Of a DNA stretch of 33,047 bases, positions 32,740-33,047 are shown piece by piece. Every line of letters starts with the position of its first letter. The first letter of the stretch is position 1. Under the pieces are notes generated by a model. It was not told the origin of the DNA, searched no databases, and saw only the letters and a list, made by a program, of their open reading frames with translations. Source of the stretch: Pseudomonadota bacterium (GTDB lineage: Archaea; Thermoplasmatota; SW-10-69-26; JACQPN01; JAJPHT01); assembly GCA_021325135.1 (NCBI GenBank), contig JAJPHT010000025.1, positions 1 through 33,047 on the forward strand. The letters run 5' to 3'. Made by a program: the position numbers and the translations under genes.

Positions 32740-33047
32740 ATGAACGAAACGCGCCAGATCGTGGTCCCGGGCGAGCTCCTCGGAAGGACCGAGGACGTGC
32801 AGCCGGGCCAGAACACCTACGTCGAGGGCGGGAGCGTCTACGCCCTCCGGCTGGGCGTGAAGACGGTCCGAGGGGACCGCGTCAACGTCATCAGCCTCTC
32901 CGGGCGCTACGAGCCCTTCCGCGGCGACATGGTCATCGGCACCATCGCCGAGGTCGGCCCCAGCAACTGGTACATCAACATCGGCGCCGCCAACGACGTC
33001 GGCATGCACGTGAACGACGTCCCGTGGCGGGTCGAGTTCGGCGAGAC
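32740..33047 (+). CDS. rrp4: Exosome complex RNA-binding protein Rrp4 (truncated by window end)
   Basis: MNETRQIVVPGELL...GQNTY...VISLSGRYEP.RGD.VIG.I; follows SBDS as in the archaeal exosome superoperon. Confidence 0.92.
   Translation, partial: MNETRQIVVPGELLGRTEDVQPGQNTYVEGGSVYALRLGVKTVRGDRVNVISLSGRYEPFRGDMVIGTIAEVGPSNWYINIGAANDVGMHVNDVPWRVEFGE

Overview
High-GC archaeal chromosomal window. The marker genes are archaeal (Hef, archease, Pop5-psmA-SBDS-rrp4 superoperon, HisRS, CCA-less tRNA-Thr(UGU)); a Thermoplasmatota-like lineage is my inference. Two accessory regions stand out. (1) 271-9645 is a divergent cell-surface locus. A 1144-aa, three-repeat, Ala-rich membrane-anchored protein faces a tightly packed operon of three paralogous lipoproteins sharing a two-domain module I do not recognise, a membrane-anchored Pro/Thr-stalk protein and a stand-alone receiver domain. 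The two membrane-anchored proteins share a P-S-x-F-L-x3-[VI]-F-L-G-V-V tail motif, and one lipoprotein appears to start at CTG. (2) 12.3-20.1 kb, downstream of tRNA-Thr, carries wHTH regulators, small Cys-containing secreted proteins and a single-pass ectodomain-TM-TPR protein. Four intergenic copies of a TTCAC-N7-CTCCA motif lie in this region, suggesting a peptide-signalling regulon. Several unrelated long inverted repeats (REP/MITE-like) occur at gene boundaries, one of which supplies the pyk stop codon. All calls come from reading the sequence by eye; no database searches were run.
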